The notes under the pieces were generated by a model, which was not told the DNA's origin, ran no database searches, and saw only the letters and a program-made list of their open reading frames with translations. A program made the translations under genes and the position numbers. From NCBI GenBank assembly GCA_964270895.1, contig OZ185440.1: a stretch of DNA of 64,000 nt; one strand, written 5' to 3'. The DNA is from Podarcis filfolensis. Its lineage: Eukaryota. Below, one piece after another: positions 40,901 to 54,041 of the stretch (position 1 is the first letter of the stretch; every line of letters starts with the position of its first letter).

Positions 40901-41964
40901 CGTACAATCAATATGCCTGATGAATTGTAGGACATAAAGTAAAAAGCACATACTTTAGCCAAAGGACAGTAACTTCTTCATATATCAAGTAGCCTAGTTA
41001 CCTGAATAAAATCATTTTAGAAGATATCCCTTTCATTTCTCTGTGTTTTCACATCTGGTACATACAATGTTAAAATCTTTCCCAGTAACTAAGGCTGCAA
41101 TCATAAATTCACTTACCTGGCAGTAAGCTCTGTTGGATTCAACGAACTTACTCTTAAGTAGGAATGGTTAGGAATGCATTCTAACTCTTCTTCCCTGAAA
41201 GAACTAATTATATTACAGTACTCCCCAAAGGAGATCCTTTCTGCCTGGTATTAGAATCATCTTAACCCATTCAAAAATAGCCATAATGAAAACAACCCAA
41301 CCTAGAATCCTTCATAGTGATGTGCTTGGCAAAAACAATATACTGTAGGCTCTAGAATCTAAAATTTAGATAAGCTGTGAGCTAAAAATTGTTGTCCATT
41401 GTAGTTCAGATTTGTGATGAGTTTCCTGCAGAAAGACATTAAGGTTCAACTCACCAAGTGTCTGAACTACTCCATCATGCAGTTGTTAAAGTCACAGGAA
41501 TCCTGCTAGGAAAACAAAACAAAACAAATGATAACCCTGCCAGGGCAAACATAAACAACAAAATGCAAAACTTCTTTGCATCCCCAGAAATATGTTCTTG
41601 CGGAGTGGGGTGGGGCTTGTTTTCTCCCACCCTGATTTTCTGCTGGAGCTCAGCTTTGGAATTTGAGATGCAGAATAAACGAATGATGCAGCAAAGTGTC
41701 AAGTGCCTTTCTCTCCTCGTTCAGAGACCCAGGCTTGAATTCTAGCTTCTCAGTTCGTGGTCTCTGCCCACCACCCTCTCAGTCTCGAAGCCTTCGCAAT
41801 TCCCTACACACCCCTCGTTCTGCTCTTGCCATATACAGACTGCTCTAGCCTCCACTGTTCCTTCTTTCCTGGGCTGCTTCAAAACTTCCCGCGGGGACCC
41901 ACTGGCAAACCTGTCAACGAGGAAGCCCACCTCGGTTTTGTTTTGTTTTTGACGAAAACGGGCA

Positions 41965-41990
41965 GTGTGTGTGTGTGTGTGTGTGTGTGT
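41965..41990. repeat. (GT)13 microsatellite beside the bidirectional promoter
   Basis: Perfect dinucleotide run. Confidence 0.95.
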
Positions 41991-41999
41991 ATTTTTATA

Positions 42000-42620
42000 C
42001 TGTATATGCAAAGGGGTGGCCGCTCGGTTGCTAAGGCCGCTGCGTTGCTAAGCAGCATCCCGGTTACCGGCGAAGTGGGGGTCACGGAGCGGCCGCGCGC
42101 GCTCTCGCCTGCTCCTCCTGATTCGTCAGGCGACTCGAAGAGGGCGGGCATTTCCGGCGGGGTTGAGGCGGAAGCGGCAGTTCTGAGGTAGCCGCCGTAG
42201 GGATGGGGTCCAAGGAGTTGGGGTGCGTAGTGGAGCTGCCCCCGACCCCGCGGGAGAGAAATGCTGGTGAGTGTGCGAGGGTTTGGGAGGTTTCGCTGGT
42301 ACGGCACTCGCGGAGCGGCCGGTGGAGAGGAAAAGGAAGGTCCGACCGACGTGCTGAAGGTGGAAACGAAATAGGCGAGGGCTGTCTTCGTGGGGTCGGG
42401 TTGTTTTTTGTTTTTTTAAGAGTTTGATTTTAGGCAGCGTTCCCTTTGGCTTGGCCCTGAAATCTGCTTCCATTGCCGAGGCACTTCGCCTTTGGAAGTA
42501 TGAATTAATCGCAAATAAGTGGCGCGCACGCGCACATCTTACCCAGGGATCTCCTGACAAGTGCAGGGATGTTCTGCGGAGGCGGCTGCAGCCCCCAAAA
42601 GTTTGCGTGTCTGGTGGCAC
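42000..42620. promoter_or_regulatory. CpG island / bidirectional promoter of TMEM53 and ARMH1
   Basis: The only extended CpG-rich non-repeat stretch; RFX-like GTTGCTAAG at 42027 and 42044, GC-box 42142, ETS CCGGAA/CGGAAG at 42152 and 42169, NRF1-like GCGCACGCGC near 42524. Confidence 0.8.
42203..42266 (+). CDS. TMEM53: TMEM53 exon 1 (coding part)
   Basis: [21 protein letters not shown]|gtgagt, within CpG island. Confidence 0.88.
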
Positions 42621-44626
42621 ATTAGTCCTTTCGTTAAGACTAAGGCAGACTTTTAATCTTCCTTTCTTTTTTTCAGAGTCGGGTGCTGCAAAGAGAAGTA
42701 AAGGCAATCTGCCCGTGGTGATACTGCTTGGGTGGGCTGGCTGCAAGGATAGGTACCTGCAGAAGTACAGCACCATCTACCTTCAGGAGGTGAGTAGTGA
42801 ACTTACTTGACTGCAGTTATTGCAGTGTTCTTCAGAGAAAGAACAATTTGTGGCCAATCCAGAGATACATCAAGAACACTTGGATGGATTGTACTTTGGG
42901 TGGCATGTGGCACACCTGAACATTGTGTATAAAAGAACTACTAAAAAAGTGAAAATTCTAGGGTGATAATTTCCTGACCTGGTCATTCCCAGGACTTGCA
43001 TGGAGTAGACTCTAATGCCAAGTGAAAATGTTTCTCTTCAACCAGGCGTTTGGCTGATTAACATTCTATGGCTTTTAAAATGTGTGTTGTAGGAGGGGGC
43101 GTTATTGGTTTGTTTTTGTTTTATTGTGTATTTTGTATTTTTCTGTTGTGAACTGCCCTGCAATCTTCAGATGAAGGGTGGTATACAAATTACATACATA
43201 CATAATTAGTCGCTGAGAGTAGCTTGACTGATTTCAAAGTTGAATTTTCTGTATGGCCTGATTGAAATCTTTTTCAACTCTTTTATGTTAACGGAAAGCT
43301 TGGGAATATTTGAAGTGTTTAGTTTTGGTAGCAACTTTAGCTTAAGAAGTTTGCTTGGCATCCTCTTTAAAATGTATTCTAGGGGACATTCAAAAGCCTA
43401 CTATTTTGTGTTTATTGCCTAGCTCTTCAAAGATTCTGAAAATTAACCGAGGTCCTGTCTGATGTTCACTTTATTTCTTTCCAATAATAGATGTTTTAGA
43501 CTGAAATGTGGTTCCCTTGTTAAAGGCTGAGACTGAGCAGTTGTATCTCTCTACCTGCTTTTATAGCCATGCTATAATGGATTCCTTTCCACTCTCTTGC
43601 TCAAACACTGGTATAAAACATGCTATAAGCATGTCAGCTGACAAGTATGGGATTTGTGATTGGAGTTAAGGTTTTTTTGGATGAGTCACTGACTTGTAAT
43701 GAAAGAGCTTCATTTGCCCATTACTGTAGTCCACTGCAGATAATTTAGTTTGTTACTCAGTCCTCAGGACTCACCCTTTTTGATAACCTAATGTACCTAA
43801 TTGCTAGTCTATATAGGAGTATTGCTTCTAAGATGTTTCCATTTCCTGGAGTGAAAATTGAGAGCAATTCTCAAATATGCAGTATATGAATATTTTTCTT
43901 GGCACACCTTGTCCAATTCTTGTTCTTTTTACAGTATGGCACACACTAAAACTTGTGTATTCCTCACAGGGATGTGTAGTGATCCGCTATACGGCTCCTT
44001 GGAGATTGGTTTTCTTTTCAGAATCCTTGGGTATAAATTCCTTGCAGAACTTGGCAAAGAAGCTGCTGGAGCTCCTCTTTGACTACAAAGTAGAGACGAA
44101 GCCCCTGCTCTTTCATGTCTTCAGCAATGGAGGTGTCATGCTGTACCGCTACATTGTGGAGCTTCTTCACACTCACCAGCAGTTCCAGCATCTAAGGGTG
44201 GTGGGTACTGTGTTTGACAGTGCTCCTGGCAGGAAGAATCTGCGGGGTGCGCTTGGTGCCCTCTCAGTTGTCCTATCATCATACAATGTATGTGTTAAGT
44301 ATGCCCTTTTACTGACATTTGCAGTTCTGGTGGTGACATGGCGGATGGTACTGTATCCTGTGACCCGCTTTGTACATGAGAGCCACTATGATGCCATGTC
44401 GAAGCAACTCTCTAGATGGCCTGAGCTATACCTCTACTCCAAGGCGGATTCTGTTATTCAAGCAAGTGATGTGGAGAATATGATAGAGGCTCGGAAGCAG
44501 CATCAGGTCCTTGTTAAGGCTGTGGACTTTGTGGACACTGATCATGTCAGCCACCTGCGAGCATATCCCACCTTATACACAACTCATTGCACCTCCTTTA
44601 TGTACAATTGCATTGGGAGCACTTAG
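42203..44626 (+). CDS. TMEM53: Transmembrane protein 53 (DUF829 family), joined model, 277 aa
   Basis: Exons 42203-42266, 42677-42789, 43970-44626; [60 protein letters not shown] match recalled human TMEM53. Confidence 0.96.
42677..42789 (+). CDS. TMEM53: TMEM53 exon 2
   Basis: tttcag|[38 protein letters not shown]|gtgagt. Confidence 0.95.
43970..44626 (+). CDS. TMEM53: TMEM53 exon 3
   Basis: cctcacag|[11 protein letters not shown]...FMYNCIGST*; in frame with ORF 43877-44626. Confidence 0.96.
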   Translation, partial: GCVVIRYTAPWRLVFFSESLGINSLQNLAKKLLELLFDYKVETKPLLFHVFSNGGVMLYRYIVELLHTHQQFQHLRVVGTVFDSAPGRKNLRGALGALSVVLSSYNVCVKYALLLTFAVLVVTWRMVLYPVTRFVHESHYDAMSKQLSRWPELYLYSKADSVIQASDVENMIEARKQHQVLVKAVDFVDTDHVSHLRAYPTLYTTHCTSFMYNCIGST

Positions 44627-45021
44627 GCTCACTTGGTGGCTGATGTGAAGGTATTAGTATCTGCCTGTTCTCCCACTAATACTATACTCTAAACCGTTCA
44701 TCATTGCTTTTGATAAAATTCTGTTGCTGCCTCTCACTAATGCAAGCCAAAGTATTTCTCTGAACCTGAATGTCTGAAATTGTCATATAGCTGAGTAGCA
44801 GAGAGTGGGGACTGTAGGATAAATATGAGCAAACCCACACTGATGCATTTTGCAATATATTCGTTCTTGACTTTGGCTCATGGGCTTTGGAAAGTACTCT
44901 AATAGGCCGTGTGTTATCTGTGCATTTAAACATGCACACTTCTGAGCTAAGAAAAACGAAATTCTGCAACTTTTATGTAAGTATACACATTTGCATACAC
45001 TCATTTGGTATACAGTGTATA

Positions 45022-45289
45022 CAGTGGACCCTCTGGATACGAACTTAATTCGTTCTGGGGGTCCTAATGTACCCCGAAAAGTTCGCAACATGAGGCGCCG
45101 CTTCTGCGCACACGCACAGTGCAATAGAGCACTTCTGTGTGCAGAGCACTTCTTCGCATGCATGAAGTGTGTAGAGCGTTTTTGTGCATGCGCGCGCAGT
45201 GAAACCCGGAAATATACACTTCCGGGTTTGCTGTGTTCACAACCCAAAAGTTATGTTACCCGAAGGTAACGTAACCCAAGGGTCCACTG
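45022..45289. mobile_element. Tc1/mariner (Tigger-like) MITE downstream of TMEM53 stop
   Basis: TA|CAGTGGACCCT ... AGGGTCCACTG|TA. Confidence 0.88.
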
Positions 45290-46041
45290 TATTTTACCCT
45301 GCTTCTCCTGATCATGGGGAGCAAGGACCTGTACTGGGTGCTGAAGCCCGTCCCTAACCATTTGAAATCTTATATAGCTTCCTGTTTGGTTTCTGAGATT
45401 TTAGTAAGCACTGGCTCTCAAATGTACCTGTGGCTGATATTAAATTCTGTGTTTTGATGTATGTAGAATTTAAATGTAAAACCCTGCCGATGTTCATTTC
45501 ATCTTTCCATTAACTTCTTCCACCTCTTCAAGGTTTCACCTTGTGAAGCAAAATCAGTTCCTTTCTGTGCTGCTGTATACAACTCTGCAGTTAGTTGATC
45601 CACCACCATCTCTGGGTTGCTTTTCTCTCTCTTATACTTGCCTTGTGGCCAAGTACTTTTTAGCTGAGGACAGGAGGAGGCTTCTTGTGAGTTAAAGCCA
45701 GGCTAGTGACTCCATATTATCAACTAAGCTATAGACTATAACAAAGAATTAAAAGGACATATCTAAAGTTGTGCATATCTCTTTTCTGGATCTGTCTTCT
45801 GCATTGCATTTATGAAATCACACTCTTTTATTCCATATTGATCCAGGAAAACTTGCTATAACTTTGGTAACAGTACAGAGGAGGGATGGTGAAACATTCT
45901 TTGCTGTCTTGTCTTGTGAGTACAGAGGTGGCTAGAATGTTTTCTAATCCATTTTACATTAACTTGATCATGTGTCCATTGTAGAAATTCTTAAAACAGT
46001 GAAAGTTATTGACTGAAGTTCTAGCCGAGCTGCTGTAGCTA

Positions 46042-46537
46042 CCGTATTTTTCGCCCTATAGGACGCACTTTTTCCCCTCCAAAAATGAAGGGGAAATGTG
46101 TGTGCGTCCTATGGGGCGAATGCAGGCTTTCGCTGAAGCCTGGAGAGCGAGAGGGGTCGGTGCGCACCGACCCCTCTCGCTCTCCAGGCTTCAGGAAGGT
46201 ATCCGTAAGCAGTTGGAGAGCTGTTCGAAGTCGCGCAGCTCTCCCACCGCTTTGCGGAGAGCTGCCTGGACCCAGAAGCCTGGGGGGCGCTGAGCTCAGC
46301 GCCCTCCAGGCTTCGGGCTTCGCGCAGCTCTCCGCAGGCAGTGGGAGAGCTGCGCAAAGTCGCGCAGCTCTTCCACCGCTTCCGGAGAGCTGCCTGTTCT
46401 GGGGGTTGGGGGAAGCTCGGGCTTCCCCCGCCCCAGCCCCGCGCCTGGGGGGGAAATAATTCCCCCCCTTATTTCCCCTCCAAAAAAAACTAGGTGCGTC
46501 CTATGGGCCAGTGCGCCCTATGGGATGAAAAATATGG
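46042..46537. mobile_element. Tc2-like (TcMar) MITE with internal palindromes
   Basis: TA|CCGTATTTTTCGCCCTATAGG ... CCTATGGGATGAAAAATATGG|TA; sub-terminal TGCGTCCTATGGG repeats. Confidence 0.85.
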
Positions 46538-49500
46538 TAATTACTATGTTTCAAATGGGTAGATTTACCTATCTTGGTGTCAGTTTCCATGTGTCTCCCC
46601 TATCAATGGGTCAATAGCTCAGGGTATTTTGCCCCCAGTTCATAACTGTGTACTGGGAGAAATAACTGGAGAGGAAAACATGTTGCTGTTTGATATGTAC
46701 TAAAGTGTTTTAAGATGATAACAAGCTAGGTGACTCAGAAATAATAGGCAACTAGATCTAAACCTTTAGTGAGACTCCTGAAGAATAAGGGTTTTAAAGC
46801 CCTAAATATAAATAGTCCCTCAGCTGCCCTAGCTGCAGATGTGGTATTAGGAGATTTTAAGGCTTCTCTCAAATAGATTTTACAGGTAGTGCATTCATAC
46901 TTTATCTGTTAATAACAAAAACCCTATATTGCCACCTTTGTTGAATGCAATTCATTTTACTGCTGCTTTCCCACAATATTGTCACAGAGTGGAAGAACTG
47001 AGCTGTTTGCACACCTATAGAAAAAGAGACTGAAATCTAATTCCAGGAATCACTCTGTAGCCTTTAATTAAAAATAGGGCTTTCTAATGTTTGCAGATGC
47101 ATTTATGCTGAATAATACAAAATGGGCATCAAGGTGTTGTGTTTTAATGTCTTATTCTTTCTGATACACTGGATGTCAGATTTGGACTTCAACCAGATGG
47201 ACTTTAGTTCATGTGCTTCTAGAGCAAACCAGTTCAGTTTTGCCCTGAAATAGGAGTTAAGTCCTGTTGAAGTTACTAAGACAAATGTGTGTAGGATTGT
47301 AGCCTCAACTGTGAAAATCTCTGTGTAACGTTGGGCCAGTCACATTTTTGTCTAACCTACCTCACAGGGTTGTTGTGAGGACAGAATAAGATACCTTATG
47401 AAGATCTTGCTAAATTGTATTATAGGACAAATTATGCTGTGTTGCAGAGATATTTGGGTTGGATCATTTTATATGATATATAATGGATGCATCCTACTTT
47501 TTTGTTATTATCGAGCCTGTGGTGGTCTGTGCTGTTTGCACTGACAGTTGCTTTCACTTGAACTTCTGCAAGCTTCCCACAGCTTGAGTGAGTTTGTTTA
47601 AATTTAAACATTTATATTCCACTTTTCATTTTCCAAAGGATAGCAATAAAAAACCTTGAAAATATCACAGTGAATAAAAATAAAAACCAAATCAGATAGC
47701 AGCAGGCTATCTTCTAGACTGACTAAAACTGAAAGCAGCACTGATAAAAACAAAACACTACATAAGCAGCAATTAAACTAATTACTGCAAAGGTTGTTGT
47801 TGTTTAGTTATTCCATTAGTTTGTTGTTTTATAAAAAAGGCATCTCAAAGGAACTTAAATATCAATATATAATATAAAAATAAAAAGAAGGTGCAAAAAG
47901 AAAACCCCCTAAAGTTCTCATTCACAAATACAATAAAAAGGATAAATCTTGTTTACCTAACTAAAAGATGAGCACTACAGTGGAGGCTAAATTCATACAC
48001 AAGTATTATCTCAAAAACTCGAAAGCCTATGGAAATAAAAATGTCTCAGGTGGGTTCCTAAAAACTGACAATGATGGTGCCAAGTGTTTCCCTGAGGAGT
48101 TAATAACACAAACAGGACTTATAAAAAAAATAAATTGCGTTGCTACTCTCCTCACCACCCCATCACCCCAGGTGTGTCATCTGTGAAATTGACTAAAATA
48201 GATTAGTAACTTGCAATAATCTTTGGCTTTTACTGGTGGCCTTTGTGTAGGTTCTACCACCTGAGACCAGAAGTAAGGGCTCTGAATGGCTGTTTAAGGA
48301 TGCCGATGGAGATGTTGGCTTTAGGTCCCGGTTTCCCTCCCTGATAAAAATCCTTTTTTCTTTGTAGAAAGAATTTCTCCAGCTGTTGTAGCATAGATTT
48401 TTGGGAGTAAAGGAGGAAAGTATGACTTGCTGCTCTCTAGTGGTTCTAAGTCAAAACAGCAAAAGGGTCAGGAGTCCTTTTTTATAGCATCAGAGTGCCC
48501 TTTGATTAAACTATTAAGCTTTTTCATAACAGCAGCTAAGCTTCATTTGCTCATCCAGCAGTTGCATTGTTTCTCCTTTGCATTTGAACTATTTTGACTT
48601 TCATAGATAATAAAGCAGCCATTTATCAGCAATGTAGGAAGAGAATTGTTTGTACACGTAAGAAGAGGAGAGTCCATATTCAGTTTTTCTGCCCAGTATT
48701 TTGTCTCTAGGTATGCTTCAATGGAGTACATGAGAATCATAATTTTCATTGCAGATGGATCAGTTTAGAAGCTGATATTTGATGTCATCTCATTGATCAG
48801 TCATATTTTTCAACACCAGTACATATGTAATTAGGCAAATAATTTTTCAATGTGGCATCCGACTAAACAGTTCACAAGGACTTTTAGCTACCCAATGGAA
48901 CTTCACTCTTCTCTCTCCTGAAGGTTTGCGGGTATCCCCAAAATAGACTTAGAGGTTGTGCAGGAGAGTAGAAGGCAGGGAAATTTCATTGCACAGCTAA
49001 GTCCTTGCAGAACTGTTTAGTTGTACAGATTGCCTATATGCACAATATCTTTGTCAGACTCTAAAAAGATAAAATATATGTCAGTCTGTGTAAATGGGAA
49101 TGGTACTCTGCACCTGGTGCAGTTAATGCTAGGTTTGTGCACTGAAGACTAGGTACAATTTGGACTCTGCTTTGGAAAATAGGCTGATGCAGCTTGGATT
49201 ACTTTGGAAGAGAGCAACTTCACATTGTGTCTGCAACAGAATCCCATTTAAGAAAATTCATTTCGTGTTTCCTCATTTGCCTGTTATATCAATTTGTTGT
49301 TATAAAGCTGAGGAAAAAGCATTGTACTGGTGTGGGAGAGGCATTCAGTCATAAGAAGCAGGGTGGTCCAGAAACTTTGGAAGGTATTGGAGCAGCAATT
49401 AAAGCAGGGGTGCAGGACACTTATCCCTCTAGATGTTGCTGAACTATAACTGTTGGCCCCAACAAGCATGGACAATGGCCAAAGCTTCCCCACACCTGTG

Positions 49501-50599
49501 TTAAAGCCTGAAAAGAATTGCATTCTTACACAATGAGCATTATATAGAACTGGGAACACACACGGGGGGAAATTAAACAGTCAATGTAGTCTTGATTCTT
49601 GTTTTCAGGAGCTGAATGAAATTCTGAAGATGGAATAAGCACCAACTAAGGGATTGGTTCTACTGGATAGAATCCAGAAGGGACCTACAAGTGATTAAAT
49701 CATCTAAATATTTCCCGTATTTCCCTCTGCTGAAAACAAAGCATTTCAGAGCCAGTTCCTTACCTATATTTCTGCCTGTACCATTAAGATCTGCCTTTAT
49801 TGAGTTGCAGTTTCAAATGTTGGATAGTCATTACCACAATATTCCATACGCAGATAGACTATGTCTATGCGGGCAATCACAATTAGAAGATACTCATTTT
49901 TTTGTTATATTGCCCCTTACACACAGACCCAAGGAATCACTTTCTAAAATCCTTGTTTGTTCAAGGAAGCAGTCTTCCCCTGATGGAGTGGGTTCACTGG
50001 TTACTGAGTGACTGCAATGCATTAGTGACTCATAAAGTGGCCCTTTTTGTGTTGGCGGCAAGGAAGATTAGGAAGAAAGAATCGGACAAAATAGCTGTGA
50101 ACTGTAATGGGGATTCAGAGGTCTAAGTCTGAATACACTTTGTGTAGTAGTGGAGTGCTCCCTGATTATAGTCTTGCTAGGAATTGATGGTTCTGTTTGT
50201 TTTAGCAGATGCCTTGATTTATATTTTGTATTTGAAATTGCCTGTGTTCCCATGTTTTTGTCATGGCCTTTGGCTAGCACAATAAACCTACAGAACTGAG
50301 GAAAGAGCTTAGGAAGATCTTAATGCAGCACCTTTATGCTGTCCACTTGTTCCTCTTCCCTTGCCCCCCAAACCTAGCAATGGTGGTTGTACTGTGTTTA
50401 TATAGCACCTGAATTGTGTGAAACACCGTAAGGGACATGTTATGTTGGGTGAAAGTAGCCCCAGAGAAATGTGCTTCAAGAGATCATATCACTCATAACG
50501 CTATTTCCTAAACCCTGAATGTGAAGGCAGAAAAGGGCAACCAAAATGATCAGGGATGAGGAAAGACTAAAATGTTTGGGACATACGTGCTTTTTTGTG

Positions 50600-51065
50600 T
50601 TTGTTTTTTAAACGACTAAAGAGAGGTCTTCACAAAAATAGTGTTCAGATAGTGGATATGGTTTAATTATAATACTAGTACTCATAGTCATCTAGTGAAA
50701 TTGATCAATAGATTCAGGATAGACAAAAGAAAATACTGTTTCTAATGGATGCATAATTAATTACAGTAATGCAATTTACAGGATGTGGGGATGGCACTAG
50801 TTTGGATGAATTTAAAGGGGAACTGGAGAAATTCATGCAGGATAGATCTATCATAGACTATTAGTTATCATGTTTTTTTAAGCTCCATATTCAGAGGCAG
50901 TGAATGCTGGTTGCTGGGGAGCAATGACAAGAGAGGGCTGTTGTCTTTATGCCCTACTTGTGGGCTTCCCAGAGGTATCTGGTTGTGCCACTGGGGGGAA
51001 AAAAGATGCTAGACTAGATGGACCTTTGGTCTGATCCAGCAGAGCTTTTTATGTTTTATGAGGTC
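50600..51065 (+). mobile_element. Old CR1 LINE 3' fragment (approximate ends)
   Basis: Degenerate ..HLVKL..RFRIDKRKYCF.. ORF2 end, then CR1-type 3' UTR GGACTAGATGGACCTTTGGTCTGATCCAG; shorter similar pieces near 295-395 and 32610-32720. Confidence 0.7.
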
Positions 51066-51445
51066 TACTCCAGGTTCTTTTATTTTGTGTTGTTATTAGA
51101 CATAGAACGCAAACTAGTCAATGCGCTGTTTCAAGGGTTACTAGTGAACTTGCAAGCCACTCTAAGTACCCTTTTGGCTATGGAGTGAAATAAAAAAGCT
51201 GGCCACAGAACATACATTTCAGGGAGAGAATATAATTGTGCGATCAAGGTTGGCATGGAATGACATAAACGTTTGTGATATTGCCCAGCAACTTTGGTTA
51301 GGAAGAGTATTGTCATTCCCCAGTAAATAATTAAGGTAGAGTGGTACAAGGTAAAAGAAATTGTGGATGGGAGAATTCAGGGGTACCATACTCTCCTAAA
51401 TTCCTAGATCCAGTAACTGCTAGAATTTAATCAATGTTTGCGGTA

Positions 51446-51671
51446 CAGTGGTACCTCGGGTTACAGACGCTTCAGGTTACAGACTCCACTAACCCAGAAA
51501 TAGCACCTCGGGTTAAGAACTTTGCTTCAGGATGAGAACAGAAATCGCGCAGTGGCAGCGCAGCAGCAGCGGGAGGGCCCATTAGCTAAAGTGGTACCTC
51601 AGGTTAAGAACAGTTTCAGGTTAAGAACAGACTTCCAGAACGAATTAAGTTCTTAACCCGAGGTACCACTG
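51446..51671. mobile_element. Tc1/mariner (Tigger-like) MITE
   Basis: TA|CAGTGGTACCTCGGGTTA ... TAACCCGAGGTACCACTG|TA. Confidence 0.93.
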
Positions 51672-52568
51672 TATTACACTGGATAGAAGGCACTGAACTC
51701 CTGGATTCAGATTATATTTTATGATAACCAGGCCAGTCTCCTCGTGAGTTAATCACCTGGGAAACTAACCATTAACCAAGAACAAAGGGAAAGTAATGGT
51801 CAAGGAGAGGAGGCCTTCTGCCAGACGCTTTTGAGGGGGGGCCATCCTTCAGCTCTGAGATAGTTAGAAAGACAAAGGCCAGAGTTTGAAGTAGAGTAAT
51901 GTTTAGGATTGGGTTTTCAGTGTTGGCTGTGATGTGAGCTGGAGGAAAATTTACAATCTGAAAAAAGTCAGCAAGCTGCAGAGTCAGAACCATGGCTGGT
52001 GTCTGTCCAGGGCTGCAGCTATGGGAAAGCAAGACCTGCATGGAGTGTCAATACTGTGAACCCTTCCATTGTAGGCTTAGGTTGTATATATGTGTAAATA
52101 AACAATATATCCTAAAGATACCAGTCTCCACTGTGCCTCGTTCCAAAAAGGAAACACAGGTGCTTACCTGAAACCCCTGGAATCTTGCACTGCTCAGAGA
52201 TTAGGGTGGCATGAAACAATATATTCTTTTAGTACTTCATTAGATAGCATATTAATTGTTCTACGGGCTTTATTTTTGCCCCATTGCAACCCTGTGAATA
52301 AATCAATATTCTTCCATTTGATCACTGGAAAACTGAGGCACAAATTCAGGAAGTTCCCCAGGGACATATAGTAAGTCTACATCAGTGATAGAACATGAAC
52401 TATGATTTAAGTACAATTCTGTACCTACTGGTTTCCAGCCGCCTTAGGATTTATGCTAATGTGATCACTAATCTCAAGCTTAATTTAAATATCTGTGTTA
52501 GTAGAGCTGGTAGATGTGTCACAGGACCAAAATGTGTTGGAAAACCTGAAGTGCCCAAACTGGGGATA

Positions 52569-52800
52569 CAGTGGCAGTGGTACCTCGGGTTACAGATGCT
52601 TCAGATTACAGACGCTTCAGGTTACAGATTCCGCTAACCCAGAAATAGTGCCTCGGGTTAAGAGCTTTGCTTCAGGATGAGAACAGAAATTGCGCGGTGG
52701 CAGCAGTGAGAGGCCCCATTAGCTAAAGTGGTACCTCAGGTTAAGAACAGTTTCAGGTGGACCTTCAGAACGAATAAGTTCTTAACCTGAGGTACCACAG
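52569..52800. mobile_element. Tc1/mariner (Tigger-like) MITE
   Basis: Same family and orientation as 51446 copy; duplicated CAGTGG at left end; TA flanks. Confidence 0.92.
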
Positions 52801-54041
52801 TAGTACAGTGAGAAAGATAAAGATGGGTTTTAGGAAGTGGTGGAGCTAGTGTCCATCTCTCTGCTGTCTTCACACTTCAGTTGCCTCTGACCTCTCACTT
52901 TGATTAACGAGCTGACAATAGGGTATTGATAAGGAATTAACCTTGAGCCCTTCTTGCTTCAGTGTCAATAGACCAGGAGCCAAGTACACGCCTCTGATTG
53001 GAAATCTGTGTTATGTGCACAGAGATCTTGAGGAGCCATTGACATGTAAGGACAGAGATCCAGGGTTCAGGGGCAAGGAAGCAAGGCATGAATTCCAGCC
53101 TGGCGTGATGTGTGTGCAAATGAAGTTTTGCATACCCTAACCACTGTGTTTCAAAGATCCTGCTTGGTGCCTCATTTCCACTTCTCCCCTACTCCTCTTC
53201 AGGTGCAGAAAGTCAAGGCTCATCCTGTTCATCAATTATAAAAGGGATGAAGGTGTTTGTATTTTAAAAAAAATATTTATTCAATAAGAAGTAGATTACA
53301 CATGCATGTGTATATTGGCTATGTTTGGATGATTATCCATAGCTTCATAAGCTGTGGTTCATGCCGCCATGGCCACTGCAGCTCCTCTCCTCTCATAATG
53401 TACCAGCCGTCGTGTGAAGATCCTGACTTTCTTTAAGTCAGAGTTCCCTGTTATGTCCAAACTGAAGAATCTGGCTTGCTATCCTGGTTTGTTAGCATTA
53501 AACCAGAATTCTCTGGCTCAGATATACGTAAATAATAACTCTGCCTTAATGCAAGCCAGGATGCTTGCAATGGAATTGGTGTGGAACAGAAGGTGGGCTG
53601 AGGCAAGTGAGGAATACATAGTGACAGCATTTTCCACATCTTTATAAATGCATGTGTTATGAAGCCATGGACAATAATTTGAACATGGCTTTTTTTTTTT
53701 GCAATCTATGTTTAATTTGGGCTCCCACTGAACCTGTAGAAAACTAGCAATAACTGTGGTGTTCGAGAATGAGGTTGGAAATGCATAGGTCAGGGTTTGA
53801 TAACAGAAATTACGGGCAAGGTTTAAGGAGTGGGACATGTCTTCCCTACCCACTTAACCCTTTCTTATGGTTCACCCATATTTTTGAGCTTTCAGCAGGT
53901 ACTGCTTGAGCTTCACTGCCCCAAGGAAGTCTGAAAATTTAGCAATAGAAAGAAAGTTGAGATCTGGAGCCAACATCTGTCTCATATTCAGGACTGCAGT
54001 GTACATCTAACTTATAGAATGTGCACAGACCTGATAATGTA

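Noticed and set aside
41757-42776. Several long overlapping ORFs (144, 142, 216 aa) around 42 kb
   Set aside because: Expected by-product of GC-rich, stop-poor CpG island; only TMEM53 exons 1-2 have homology and splice support.
46085-46459. ORFs with repeated peptide motifs
   Set aside because: Arise from the palindromic MITE interior; no transposase motifs.
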